The notes under the pieces: model-generated | Databases searched by the model: none | The model's input: only the letters and a program-made list of their open reading frames with translations | What the model was told of the DNA's origin: nothing | Assembly (NCBI GenBank): GCA_040386535.1 | Contig: JAZKFH010000013.1 | Coordinates: 160,001 to 224,000 of the forward strand | Length of the DNA: 64,000 nt | Source: Myxococcota bacterium | Lineage (GTDB): Bacteria > Myxococcota_A > UBA796 > SXON01 | Direction: 5' to 3' | Position numbers and translations under genes: made by a program | Shown: one piece after another, positions 48,492 through 57,014 of the stretch | How positions within the stretch are numbered: position 1 is the first letter of the stretch | How the letters are laid out: every line of letters begins with the position of its first letter

Positions 48492-49250
48492 TTACGCGAG
48501 GCGCCGGCGGACTCGCCAGGTGCTGAACGCTTGCCACGCCGCGCGCGCTCCGACGATCGCCGCGATGCCGAACGGAACACACACGAGAGCGGGCCATTCG
48601 GGAAAGCGAAGCCTCGACGGGATCGCGGCGTCCCGCGTGGGCGCCTGGTAGGTGATCGCGAGCGAGAAGTACTTGGAGAGGCCGCCCGGACCGCCTGGAC
48701 GCCCGGGGGCGCCCTCGCCGCCCGCCTGCCCGCCCGGCGCGTCCCCCGGGATGCCCATGCCGACATCGGGTGCGTCCGGCAGCCCACTCCCAGCCAGGAG
48801 AGCCTGGTATCCGAGCGCGCCGAGGCCCTGCGCGCCCTGCTGGTCCGCGGGCCAGGCGAGCGCACGTGCATTCCAGGTCCACCGCAGTTTGCGCCCGGGT
48901 ACCAGTGTCACGCCGACGGTCTGGAGCACGCGCTCCGACGCGCCACCCGCGCCGTCCACCAGCACGATGCGCCCCGGGCCGGTGCCACTGACGTTGTCAC
49001 GGCACAACCAGAGGCGATCGCTCGCCACGGAGTCCGCGCCGGCGCCATCGTCGAAACAGGTGATCACGTCGCCGCCGTCCCGCGCGGCGGCATGCTCCAG
49101 CCGGACGGTCGGCGCGCCGGCTGCACGATCCGCGCGCAGGTCCACGCGAACCTCCACCGCTACAACCGGCTCGGCCCCAAACGCGGATCGCGCCCACGGG
49201 AAACCCGTGAACGCGAACGCGGTTGCTACGATGAGCGTGCGGACTACCAG
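48492..49250 (-). CDS. Secreted or anchored hypothetical protein with a choice-of-anchor-X-like motif
   Basis: CFDDGAGADSVASDRLW motif and C-terminal transmembrane segment plus RVRRR. A signal-like stretch lies upstream of GTG 49157, so the start is uncertain (CTG 49250 or GTG 49157). Confidence 0.55.
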   Translation of the reverse strand: MVVRTLIVATAFAFTGFPWARSAFGAEPVVAVEVRVDLRADRAAGAPTVRLEHAAARDGGDVITCFDDGAGADSVASDRLWLCRDNVSGTGPGRIVLVDGAGGASERVLQTVGVTLVPGRKLRWTWNARALAWPADQQGAQGLGALGYQALLAGSGLPDAPDVGMGIPGDAPGGQAGGEGAPGRPGGPGGLSKYFSLAITYQAPTRDAAIPSRLRFPEWPALVCVPFGIAAIVGARAAWQAFSTWRVRRRLA

Positions 49251-51037
49251 CCGCCCTCGGGTCCGCCGTAGGCGCCCATGTTGCCACGGCTGCCGTCAAC
49301 GTCGTTGTAGGCCGCGGCCGGGTTGGCCGAGTCGATGCCGGGGCTGGTGGGGCGGAGGTTCAGGTCCGACGTGGTCCAGGTCGAGCCCGTGGTCACGAAC
49401 AGGGGGTCCTGCCCGATGTTGCCGCTGGAACCGGTACCGTCCGTGAAGGAACCCCAGTCGTTGCCCGCGCCGTCGAACACGTCGCTGTAGGTGACCGTGA
49501 GGACCGCGCCGATGTCACCGTCGAGGATCGCACCGGCGGAGTTGGTCACGGCGATGGAGTTCGTGAGGTTCAGCGTCCCGCTCGAGGAGAGGGACACGCT
49601 GCCCGCGGCGCCGACGTTTGCGTACAACGTCACGTTGGTGAGGGTGCTGGTCCCGGCCGCGACCGTGAGCGCCGCGCCGCCGTAGTTGCCACCGGCGCCG
49701 GTCGAATCATTGAACGCGAACGCCGAGGCGCCCATGCCGAGCGTGCCGTACGAGGCGACACCGCCGCCGGACGACGCTGCATTCTGCGCGAACACGGTGT
49801 GCTCGGCGCTGACAACGCTGGTCGCGTCGAGGTAGAGCCCGCCGCCCTCGTCCGCGCTGTTCTCGAGGAACATCGTGTCCATGATGATGGGCGTGCCGTC
49901 CGTCACGTAGGCGCCGCCGCCCATGCTGTAGACGTACAGGTACTCGGTGCTCGAGAGCTCCGTGAACGAGTAGGGCAGGAGCATGTTGTCGCGGACGATC
50001 AGATCGGCGAGCGTGGGGCCCGCGCCATCGATCAGGATGCCGCCACCGCGGTAGGTGTCGGTGTAGACGGTGCAGGTGTCGCGGTAGCCGCAGGCCTCGG
50101 ACGAGGAGGACGAGCTCACCACGCCGGCGCCGCCGGTGACGGTGAACCCACGCAGCTCGGCGCGCGCGGTCTCCCCGCTGGCGAAGGTGACCACGGAGCC
50201 GGCGCCGCTGGCGCTGATCGTGGTGGCGGACGCGCCGTCGACGCCGACGACCAGGATGTTCTTGCCGTTGAAGTCGATGTTCTCGACGTATTCGCCCTCG
50301 TGCACGTGGACGCACACGTTGGCGAGGTCGATGCCTTCCTGGATGGAACCGAGGGGGTTGGACGCGCCACCGGGGAGGGACGCGAACGCCGTGTCGGTCC
50401 AAACGCCGGTCTCACCGGTGTCCGGGAGGGACATGCCACCCTCGGCCACGTGCACAGGCTCGAGGTAGCTGCTGTCATCGCAGTCCATCGAGTTGCTGAC
50501 GTACCCTTCGGGCGCGATGCACTCGTCGATCGAGTCGTCCGGGTCACCGTAGCCGTCGGAGTCGGTGTCGGCGTACCAGGTGCTCACGGACGTGCCTTCG
50601 TCGACATCGCCGTCACAGTCGTTGTCGATCCCGTCGCACGCTTCGGGCGCGCCCGGGCGGATGTCCGGGTTCGCGTCGTCACAATCGCCGGCGTTCTCGG
50701 CGTAGCCGTCGGGGGCGGCGCATGCCGCCACGGGGCTCGTGCCGACGCCGCCGGCGCCGTCACCATCGCCGTCCGGGTAGAAGTCTGTCATCGCGCCGTT
50801 GTCGAGCTCGCCGTCGCAGTCCTGGTCGATCCCGTCGCAAAGCTCGGTAGCCCCGTCGTGGATCGTCGCGTCGTCCTGGTTGCAGTCTTCGTCGGCGTAG
50901 AAGCCGTCACCGTCCGGGTCGCCTTCATCGACGACGGTATCTCCGGTGTCCGTGTCCACCGGTTTGTCTTTGTCGTTTGGCTCGCACGCGACGAGGATTG
51001 CAGGGAGGAGGATCGATAGGAGCAGCGAACGGCGCAT
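49244..51037 (-). CDS. Lipoprotein with putative metal-binding (MopE-related) repeats and a right-handed beta-helix
   Basis: LVAC lipobox; repeated DCDD...I.PGA.E.CDG.DNDCDG and WY.D.D.DGYG; N.A..GGG repeats; DPLF...L.P.SP.ID...MGAYGG. Confidence 0.85.
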   Translation of the reverse strand: MRRSLLLSILLPAILVACEPNDKDKPVDTDTGDTVVDEGDPDGDGFYADEDCNQDDATIHDGATELCDGIDQDCDGELDNGAMTDFYPDGDGDGAGGVGTSPVAACAAPDGYAENAGDCDDANPDIRPGAPEACDGIDNDCDGDVDEGTSVSTWYADTDSDGYGDPDDSIDECIAPEGYVSNSMDCDDSSYLEPVHVAEGGMSLPDTGETGVWTDTAFASLPGGASNPLGSIQEGIDLANVCVHVHEGEYVENIDFNGKNILVVGVDGASATTISASGAGSVVTFASGETARAELRGFTVTGGAGVVSSSSSSEACGYRDTCTVYTDTYRGGGILIDGAGPTLADLIVRDNMLLPYSFTELSSTEYLYVYSMGGGAYVTDGTPIIMDTMFLENSADEGGGLYLDATSVVSAEHTVFAQNAASSGGGVASYGTLGMGASAFAFNDSTGAGGNYGGAALTVAAGTSTLTNVTLYANVGAAGSVSLSSSGTLNLTNSIAVTNSAGAILDGDIGAVLTVTYSDVFDGAGNDWGSFTDGTGSSGNIGQDPLFVTTGSTWTTSDLNLRPTSPGIDSANPAAAYNDVDGSRGNMGAYGGPEGGW

Positions 51038-51172
51038 GCATCACCCGGGTCTGTGTGCTTGATTACCACAGCCTCCACCACCGCGTCCATCCGGCGGGCG
51101 AGGATTTTTCGAGTTCACCGTACGAACGTCCTCGCGAAGTGGTGTTAGGGTGCCGGCCTCGCGGGGCTTCCG

Positions 51173-52576
51173 ATGGTCATGATGCTTGTTGCGGTTTCTT
51201 TCCTGGCTGGATGCGGATCGGAGCCGAGCGGCGCTGGGACGGTTTCCGCGGTCCAACCGAGCGCTTCCACGCTCGCGGCGGAGGCGCGCGCCAGCAGCGG
51301 CAAGTCGTCGCAGAGCGACGATCCGCTCGCATCCATCCCGGTGGTGCTCGCATCGCTCTCCACGCCGGAGGCGTTCGCCAGCGCACCTGCCATGCTCGAG
51401 GCGCGCGCCGCGTTGCGGGAGGCGGAGCAGCTCCGGATCGAACGCGAGCTGATGACCGTGCTCGGTGGCCTCGCCACTTCGTGCGAGACGACCAGCACCC
51501 TGGCATCGTTCGACGCGTTCGCCGCGGAAGAATCCGCGTCGCTCGCGGCGGAGCGGGCGCTCGTGAAGTCCCTGCTGGAGGCGGCCGGTGCGGAAGGCCG
51601 TGCGCTGATCTGGCAGGTCTCCGACCCCGGCACCCTGTTCGTGAAGAGCCGCGCCGCGCAGGTCGCCACCGCCGGCGCCACCCTTCCCGCATGGTCGGCG
51701 CTCCAATTGGAAGAGGATGAGGAGCTGCGGGTTCGCCGCCTGCTCCTCGGTCTGCAGTTCGCGGTCGAGGCGCTCTCGCTCGACGTCGAGGCGGAGCTCG
51801 CCAACTTCGCAGCGGAGATGGCCGTGGTCGATCCGGCGGCCGCGGATGCCGCCGACAAGACGGTCGCGGCGCTGGAGCGGGTCGACACCTCGCTGCTCGG
51901 CGCCCAACGTGCCCGCTTCAACCTGTTGCCCGGCGCGTGCAAGGGTCTGGGAGACGAGGCCTGGGTGGGCATGCTCGAGCGCGGGTTCGTGCGCCGCTAC
52001 ATGGGTACGCTCGGTGGCACGGGTACGGCGCGCGAGCGCGCAGTCGCCAGCACCACCGGCGGCACGAAGGGCAACGCGGGCGGGGGGACCACGGGGGCCG
52101 GCGGCGGAAGCATGGCGAGCGGTGGCCAGCAGATGGGCGGCAGCGCGAGCATGGGCGGCCAGATGGGCGGCACGCAGACGGGCGGCCAGCAGATGGGCGG
52201 CACGCAGACGGGCGGCCAGCAGATGGGCGGCAGCGCGAGCATGGGCGGCCAGATGGGCGGCACGCAGACGGGCGGCCAGCAGATGGGCGGCTCCCAGATG
52301 GGCGGCACGCAGTCCGGCGGCCAGATGGGCGGCTCCCAGATGGGCGGCACGCAGACCGGCGGCCAGATGGGCGGCACGCAGACCGGCGGCCAGATGGGCG
52401 GCTCCCAGATGGGCGGCACGCAGACCGGCGGCCAGCAGATGGGCGGCACGCAGATGGGCGGCTCCCAGATGGGCGGCACGCAGACCGGCGGCCAGCAGAT
52501 GGGCGGCCAACAGACCGGCGGCCAGCAGATGGGCGGCCAACAGACCGGCCAGGGCGGCACGCCCCAGCAGCGGTGA
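51173..52576 (+). CDS. Lipoprotein with a long Gly/Gln/Met/Thr repeat tail
   Basis: FLAGC lipobox, helical body, C-terminal (GGQQM/GGTQT/GGSQM)n. Confidence 0.75.
   Translation: MVMMLVAVSFLAGCGSEPSGAGTVSAVQPSASTLAAEARASSGKSSQSDDPLASIPVVLASLSTPEAFASAPAMLEARAALREAEQLRIERELMTVLGGLATSCETTSTLASFDAFAAEESASLAAERALVKSLLEAAGAEGRALIWQVSDPGTLFVKSRAAQVATAGATLPAWSALQLEEDEELRVRRLLLGLQFAVEALSLDVEAELANFAAEMAVVDPAAADAADKTVAALERVDTSLLGAQRARFNLLPGACKGLGDEAWVGMLERGFVRRYMGTLGGTGTARERAVASTTGGTKGNAGGGTTGAGGGSMASGGQQMGGSASMGGQMGGTQTGGQQMGGTQTGGQQMGGSASMGGQMGGTQTGGQQMGGSQMGGTQSGGQMGGSQMGGTQTGGQMGGTQTGGQMGGSQMGGTQTGGQQMGGTQMGGSQMGGTQTGGQQMGGQQTGGQQMGGQQTGQGGTPQQR
52120..52560 (+). repeat. 12/15-nt unit tandem repeat array encoding GGQ(Q)M, GGTQT and GGSQM
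   Basis: Repeated CAGATGGGCGG units; 52124-52201 recurs at 52214-52291. Confidence 0.95.
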
Positions 52577-54345
52577 CATCGGCGGCGTCTCGGCGCGGAG
52601 CCCTTTGGACCGCCGTTGCGCTCGTCCTGACGGTGGGTACGGAGCTCGCCTGGCACGTGGCGGACGGGCGCCTGCCCACGGCGGACGCGGGCGCCCTCGG
52701 CGCGGTGGCAGGGGTCTACTGGTCCCTTGGGACCAGCGCGGGGGCGTCGGCCTCGGCGGCGGAGACGCTGCTGGTCCCCGGCGGGTGGTACACGTGGCTC
52801 GTGGCGGGCGCGCTCCGCACGTTCGGCCGCACGCCCGCGGTGTTCGACGGGGTCTCCGAGGCGGTTTGGATCGGCACCGTGATCTTCACGGCGCTGATCG
52901 CGCGGCGTCGCTCCGGTGACCGCGCCGGCGCCGCCGCGGCGCTCCTCGTGGCGGCCATGCCGTGGGTCACGCTCCTCGCGCGGCGGCACGGGCTCCAGGC
53001 GCCAGAGGCCGCGCTCGCTGTGGTGACGTTCTTCCTCGTGGATCGTGATAGCGCGCTCGCGCGCTGGTACACCTCCCTCCCACTCGCGCTCGTCGGCGCC
53101 GCGCTCCTCGCGCTCGGGCCCACGGCGTGGGTCTGGATCGTGGCGCTGGCTCCGCTCCTGGTGTTCCCCGGTGCGAAGCGGCACCCGTTCCGCATCGCCG
53201 TCGTCGTGACCGCCTGGGTCGTCGGAGCGGTGTTGGGCTCCGGCAACGCCGACGCCGTCTTCGCCCTCGCGCCCCCCGAGCGCCGCGCCGCAGAGGCTGT
53301 CGCCGCCTTCGTGCGTGGCGGCGCGCTCCTCGAGCGGCCCGTGGGCGCGGCCGTCGCCATCGGCGTCTTGATCTGGGGCGCCGCCTCGGTGTCCCGGCTA
53401 CGGGCACGGCGAGCGCCGGACGAGGCGCGGAGGCACGACCTTCCCTCGCGCGGCTCGACCGCGGTGCTCGTGGCGTGGGCGCTCGCCCCCTTCGCGCTCG
53501 GCGCCACCTTGCGCGCGGGGCCGGAGGCCTGGCCGGCCGGCGGGGCGGCGCTCGCGATCCTGGTCGCCGGGCCGCTCGGCCGCAACGCGGGAGGCGTGCT
53601 GGTCGCGCTCCTCGCGTGGACGCTCTTCGTCGTGCCGCAGCGGATCGACGTGGCGCCGGGCGTGTGGGCCCGCGCCATCCTCCCCGCGGACGCCACCGTG
53701 CCCACCGCCGAGTCGCCCTACCGCCCCCAGGAGGCCGACATCGCGCGCACCTTGGGCGCCCTCCTCGACGCGACCTGCGCCTCGGACGCCTGGGCGAGCT
53801 GCAACATCGTCGTCGATCAGGGCCTCGGCGCGCCGGACGCCGACGATCCGGGCCGACTGGCGCGGTTCCTGCTCGCGGAAGATCGGGTCGCCCTGTCCAC
53901 CGTGTACGACGCGCCACGAACGCGCCGCGACGATCGCCGCGTCGACGCGTTGCTCACGTGGGACTGCGGCGTGCGGGACGATCCCTGGCGCTTGCGCGCA
54001 CCGGACGCCGCCGCTCGTGTGATGGAGCTCGCGGCCGCGCGCCAGCTCGCCGCGGCCTGGAGCCGTCCCCTGGGTGATCCCGGGTGTGTCGCGCACTGGT
54101 TGACCCCACGGGGCATCGTCTCCCGCCCCGAAGCCCTGCCGCTCGCGGACGCCCGAGTGGCCCCGTGGACGCCGCTCGCGACGCTCGCGTCGATCGAGGC
54201 GTTCTACCAGCGCCATCCGAGCGCGCGGGACCGTCAGGGGCGCGGATCGGCCGTGCGCCCGGGAGACGCCCATGTCGCCACCGCACCGGACGGATGGACC
54301 GAGGATGGCTCCGCGTGGCGGCGCGGCCGCGCCCGCGACGAGTGA
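52573..54345 (+). CDS. Multi-pass membrane protein, ArnT/GT-C-like
   Basis: GTGA overlap with the repeat lipoprotein; first transmembrane segment then P.AD, and AG.AAALLVAAMP typical of GT-C-like proteins; soluble C-terminus. Confidence 0.6.
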   Translation: MTSAASRRGALWTAVALVLTVGTELAWHVADGRLPTADAGALGAVAGVYWSLGTSAGASASAAETLLVPGGWYTWLVAGALRTFGRTPAVFDGVSEAVWIGTVIFTALIARRRSGDRAGAAAALLVAAMPWVTLLARRHGLQAPEAALAVVTFFLVDRDSALARWYTSLPLALVGAALLALGPTAWVWIVALAPLLVFPGAKRHPFRIAVVVTAWVVGAVLGSGNADAVFALAPPERRAAEAVAAFVRGGALLERPVGAAVAIGVLIWGAASVSRLRARRAPDEARRHDLPSRGSTAVLVAWALAPFALGATLRAGPEAWPAGGAALAILVAGPLGRNAGGVLVALLAWTLFVVPQRIDVAPGVWARAILPADATVPTAESPYRPQEADIARTLGALLDATCASDAWASCNIVVDQGLGAPDADDPGRLARFLLAEDRVALSTVYDAPRTRRDDRRVDALLTWDCGVRDDPWRLRAPDAAARVMELAAARQLAAAWSRPLGDPGCVAHWLTPRGIVSRPEALPLADARVAPWTPLATLASIEAFYQRHPSARDRQGRGSAVRPGDAHVATAPDGWTEDGSAWRRGRARDE

Positions 54346-54941
54346 GGCCCGACGTGTCCCACCTCCGCGCCGCGTCGATCCTCGCGTTGTGGGTGCTGCT
54401 CGTGCTCCTCGGCACGCCCGGGCTGGACTTCCTGAACGCGAAGACCCTGCGCAGCGCCGACGACCAGGCGGCGTGGCGGCATCGCGTCCCTGAGCCGTGG
54501 GCGACCGCGGGCGTGCTCGTGGCCAGCTTCAACCGGGAGCTGCGCCTGCCCGTCGTGACCGCGCTCGCGCCGATCCAGCGCCCCTTCCGCGTCAGCCAGG
54601 AGTGGTTCCTCTATCGCGACGGTCCTTCGAAGGTGCGCCGTCTCGAGGTGCGCCTGGACGGCGAGCTGGTCCACCGGAGCGCCGATGCCGCGTATCCCTG
54701 GCTCGCCGACGTGTTGCGCAACCGCCGGATCCGCCCCGTCGTCGAGAGCACGTGCGGCGCGGACGCCGGCCCCAACTGGCACGGCCTCGGTCGGCTCGTC
54801 GTGGAGCGGGGGCGCGCCGAGCGTCCCGGCCTCCGCGAGATCGAGCTGGTGTGCACGGTAGCGCCCTTTCCGGGAACGGACGCGACGGTCCAGCGTCGGT
54901 ACGTCGCCGCGGCCCCCGCCTGGGTGGTCGCTCCGGGATGA
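54342..54941 (+). CDS. HTTM-partner (DUF5819/SdpA-like) protein
   Basis: N-terminal transmembrane segment and Q.W.L motif (SQEWFLY); coupled to the HTTM gene. Confidence 0.6.
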   Translation: MRPDVSHLRAASILALWVLLVLLGTPGLDFLNAKTLRSADDQAAWRHRVPEPWATAGVLVASFNRELRLPVVTALAPIQRPFRVSQEWFLYRDGPSKVRRLEVRLDGELVHRSADAAYPWLADVLRNRRIRPVVESTCGADAGPNWHGLGRLVVERGRAERPGLREIELVCTVAPFPGTDATVQRRYVAAAPAWVVAPG

Positions 54942-55807
54942 GCACGGCGTGGGCTCGATGGACGGCGTTCACCCGCCGCGACATGGACGCGCGGCCGCTT
55001 GCGATGGTGCGGATCCTCGCGTGCCTCGCCATCCTCGCCGACCTCCTCCAGGTCGGCGGCCTGGGGCTCGTCCCGACCCTGTTCCGGCCCTCCCAGGCCG
55101 GCGGCTTGTCGGTCGTGCAGGACGACGCCAACGTGCTCGTCGCGCTCTCCGCGTCGTGGGGCGGCCCCGTCGTGTACGTCGTGACGTTGGTGTGCCTCGC
55201 GCTCGCCATGGTGGGCATCTGGACCCGGCCGGCGCTGGTGGTCGGGCTCCTCGCTTACGCTCAGCTCGGCCACCTCTACCCGCCCGGGGATCGTGCGATC
55301 GATCGGCTCCTCCGTAGCGCGCTCCTGCTGGTCGTCTTCAGCGGGGCACATCGCCGGTTCTCCCTGACCGGCACGCGCGCCGATCGTGTGCCCGCCTGGC
55401 CCGCCGACACGATCCGCCTCCTTCTCGTGCTGGTGTACCTCTCCGCGGGGATCTCCAAGCTCCAGCAGCAGCCGGGCTGGCTGGCGTGGGGCGGCACGCC
55501 GGTGCTCTACCGGGTGATGGGGGATCCGATGGGCGCGCACATCGATCCCGTGGCCGCGCTCCCGTTCTGGCCGCTCCTCCGCGTCCTCGGCTGGGGCACC
55601 ATCGCGCTGGAGGTCTCCGCGCCGCTCGTGTTCACCCGCTTCGGGCCGTACTGGGCGGTCGCTGGCGCTTCGATGCATCTCGGCATCGCGCTCACGATGG
55701 ATCTCGGCATGTTCTCGTGGGGAATGCTGGCGCTCTACCCGATCCTCGCCGCGCGGCTCTTCGAGCCCTCGGCGTTTCGCGGCGCCCTGGCCTCCAAGGC
55801 GGCATAG
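54938..55807 (+). CDS. HTTM domain protein (vitamin-K-dependent carboxylase/SdpB-like)
   Basis: PLA.VRI, RRFSL, LVYLSAGISKL...W..G, W.T...E and MHLGI...M.LG.FS. Confidence 0.8.
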   Translation: MSTAWARWTAFTRRDMDARPLAMVRILACLAILADLLQVGGLGLVPTLFRPSQAGGLSVVQDDANVLVALSASWGGPVVYVVTLVCLALAMVGIWTRPALVVGLLAYAQLGHLYPPGDRAIDRLLRSALLLVVFSGAHRRFSLTGTRADRVPAWPADTIRLLLVLVYLSAGISKLQQQPGWLAWGGTPVLYRVMGDPMGAHIDPVAALPFWPLLRVLGWGTIALEVSAPLVFTRFGPYWAVAGASMHLGIALTMDLGMFSWGMLALYPILAARLFEPSAFRGALASKAA

Positions 55808-55859
55808 TCGCCCCAGGATGGCGCGGGCGCGCCCGTCGAGCGAGCGATAGGGAGCGTTC

Positions 55860-57014
55860 ATGTGGCTGTGCTCGCTCTTCCTGTACGTCCCGAACGCCGC
55901 CGCCGGGCCCACGGGCGAGCCGATCGTCCTGTCCGTCGGCGCCGAGGTCTCGACCGGCCTCGGCGGGGGCTGGGCGCGCGCCTGGCCGGAGGACGACGGG
56001 TCGTGGCGGTTCCTCTGGTCCGCGGGCGGGGACTACGTGCTCCTGCCGATGACGGCGGACCTCGTGGTCACCGACCGCGACCGCACGGCCCTCACGGGGC
56101 GCACCAACCTCGTGGACCACGCGATCACGCGCTGCCCGGACGACGGGAGCTTCCTCCACGCCGCCTCCGCCAATGTCGACAGTTTCAACGACTCCGCGTA
56201 CGCCTTCCGGTTCGACCCCGATCTCGGGCTTACCGGCGAGACCACGATCGCCGAGCGCGATGCGTCACGCGCACACAACGACCTGACCGTGCTCTGCTCG
56301 GGCCCGATCTCGGGCGTCGGGTTCGCGCAGGGGGGCGGCTCCGTGTTCTTTCCCGTCGCTACCGACTCTACGCTCGGAGAGCCCGTCTCCTTGCCCGACG
56401 CGCCCTCCCTCATGGGCGGCGCGATGTACTACGAGGCCGAGAGCGACACGGTCCTGGTGATCAACTTCCGGTTCCACGGGCCGCTCGTGGTCGCGCGCTA
56501 CACGACGGATCTCACGCTGGTCGAGGTCACCGAGATCCCCGACGCCGTCGAGGCCCCCCTCACCGGGTACTGGGCTCAGGGCCTGCTCCGCGTTGGCGAT
56601 GTCTACGTGGTCGCGCACATGGCGCGGGACGAGAGCCGCGGGTGGGCCGCGGACGAGGGCGACGTGTGGCTCGCCTTCTTCGACACGGACTGGAACCTCC
56701 TCGAGCGCCGCCAGATCTCGCAGAACACGCCCCCCACGGGGGGCATGCGCCCGGGGCTCGCGCGTCGGGGCGACCAATTGCTCGTGTTCTACGACAAGCA
56801 GGTCTCGCCGCGCCTCTTCGACGTGCGGCTCGATCTCGCCGCGATGGGTGTCGAGGGCGACGAGCCGGACAGCGGGCGCAGCGATGTGGACGACGACTCG
56901 GGCGTCCCCGCGGCGGACGCCGAGGGGTGCGGCTGCGACACCGGCGGCGCGCCCCTCTCCGGCCTGGGCCTCCTCGCCGGGCTCCTGGTGCGGCGCCGCC
57001 GCGCGGCGTCCTGA
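55860..57014 (+). CDS. Secreted beta-rich protein with a MYXO-CTERM-like tail
   Basis: GGAG RBS; C-terminal GCGCDTGG..LGLLAGLLVRRRR. Confidence 0.8.
   Translation: MWLCSLFLYVPNAAAGPTGEPIVLSVGAEVSTGLGGGWARAWPEDDGSWRFLWSAGGDYVLLPMTADLVVTDRDRTALTGRTNLVDHAITRCPDDGSFLHAASANVDSFNDSAYAFRFDPDLGLTGETTIAERDASRAHNDLTVLCSGPISGVGFAQGGGSVFFPVATDSTLGEPVSLPDAPSLMGGAMYYEAESDTVLVINFRFHGPLVVARYTTDLTLVEVTEIPDAVEAPLTGYWAQGLLRVGDVYVVAHMARDESRGWAADEGDVWLAFFDTDWNLLERRQISQNTPPTGGMRPGLARRGDQLLVFYDKQVSPRLFDVRLDLAAMGVEGDEPDSGRSDVDDDSGVPAADAEGCGCDTGGAPLSGLGLLAGLLVRRRRAAS

Noticed and set aside
52120..52560. Repeat array as CRISPR or a non-coding repeat; also Cys/Pro/Trp-rich antisense ORFs such as (PPICW)n
   Set aside because: Unit lengths are multiples of three and lie in frame within the lipoprotein gene. 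The antisense translations are by-products of the repeat.
42000..54000. Possible horizontally acquired island (impression of more A/T-ending codons)
   Set aside because: Cannot be quantified by eye, and there is no integrase, transposase, tRNA or flanking direct repeat. A GC3/codon-usage scan would be needed.
55862..57013. N-terminal 384 codons of the 1203-aa ORF
   Set aside because: This is an alternative frame over the MYXO-CTERM-like gene. The real lipoprotein starts at ATG 57014.
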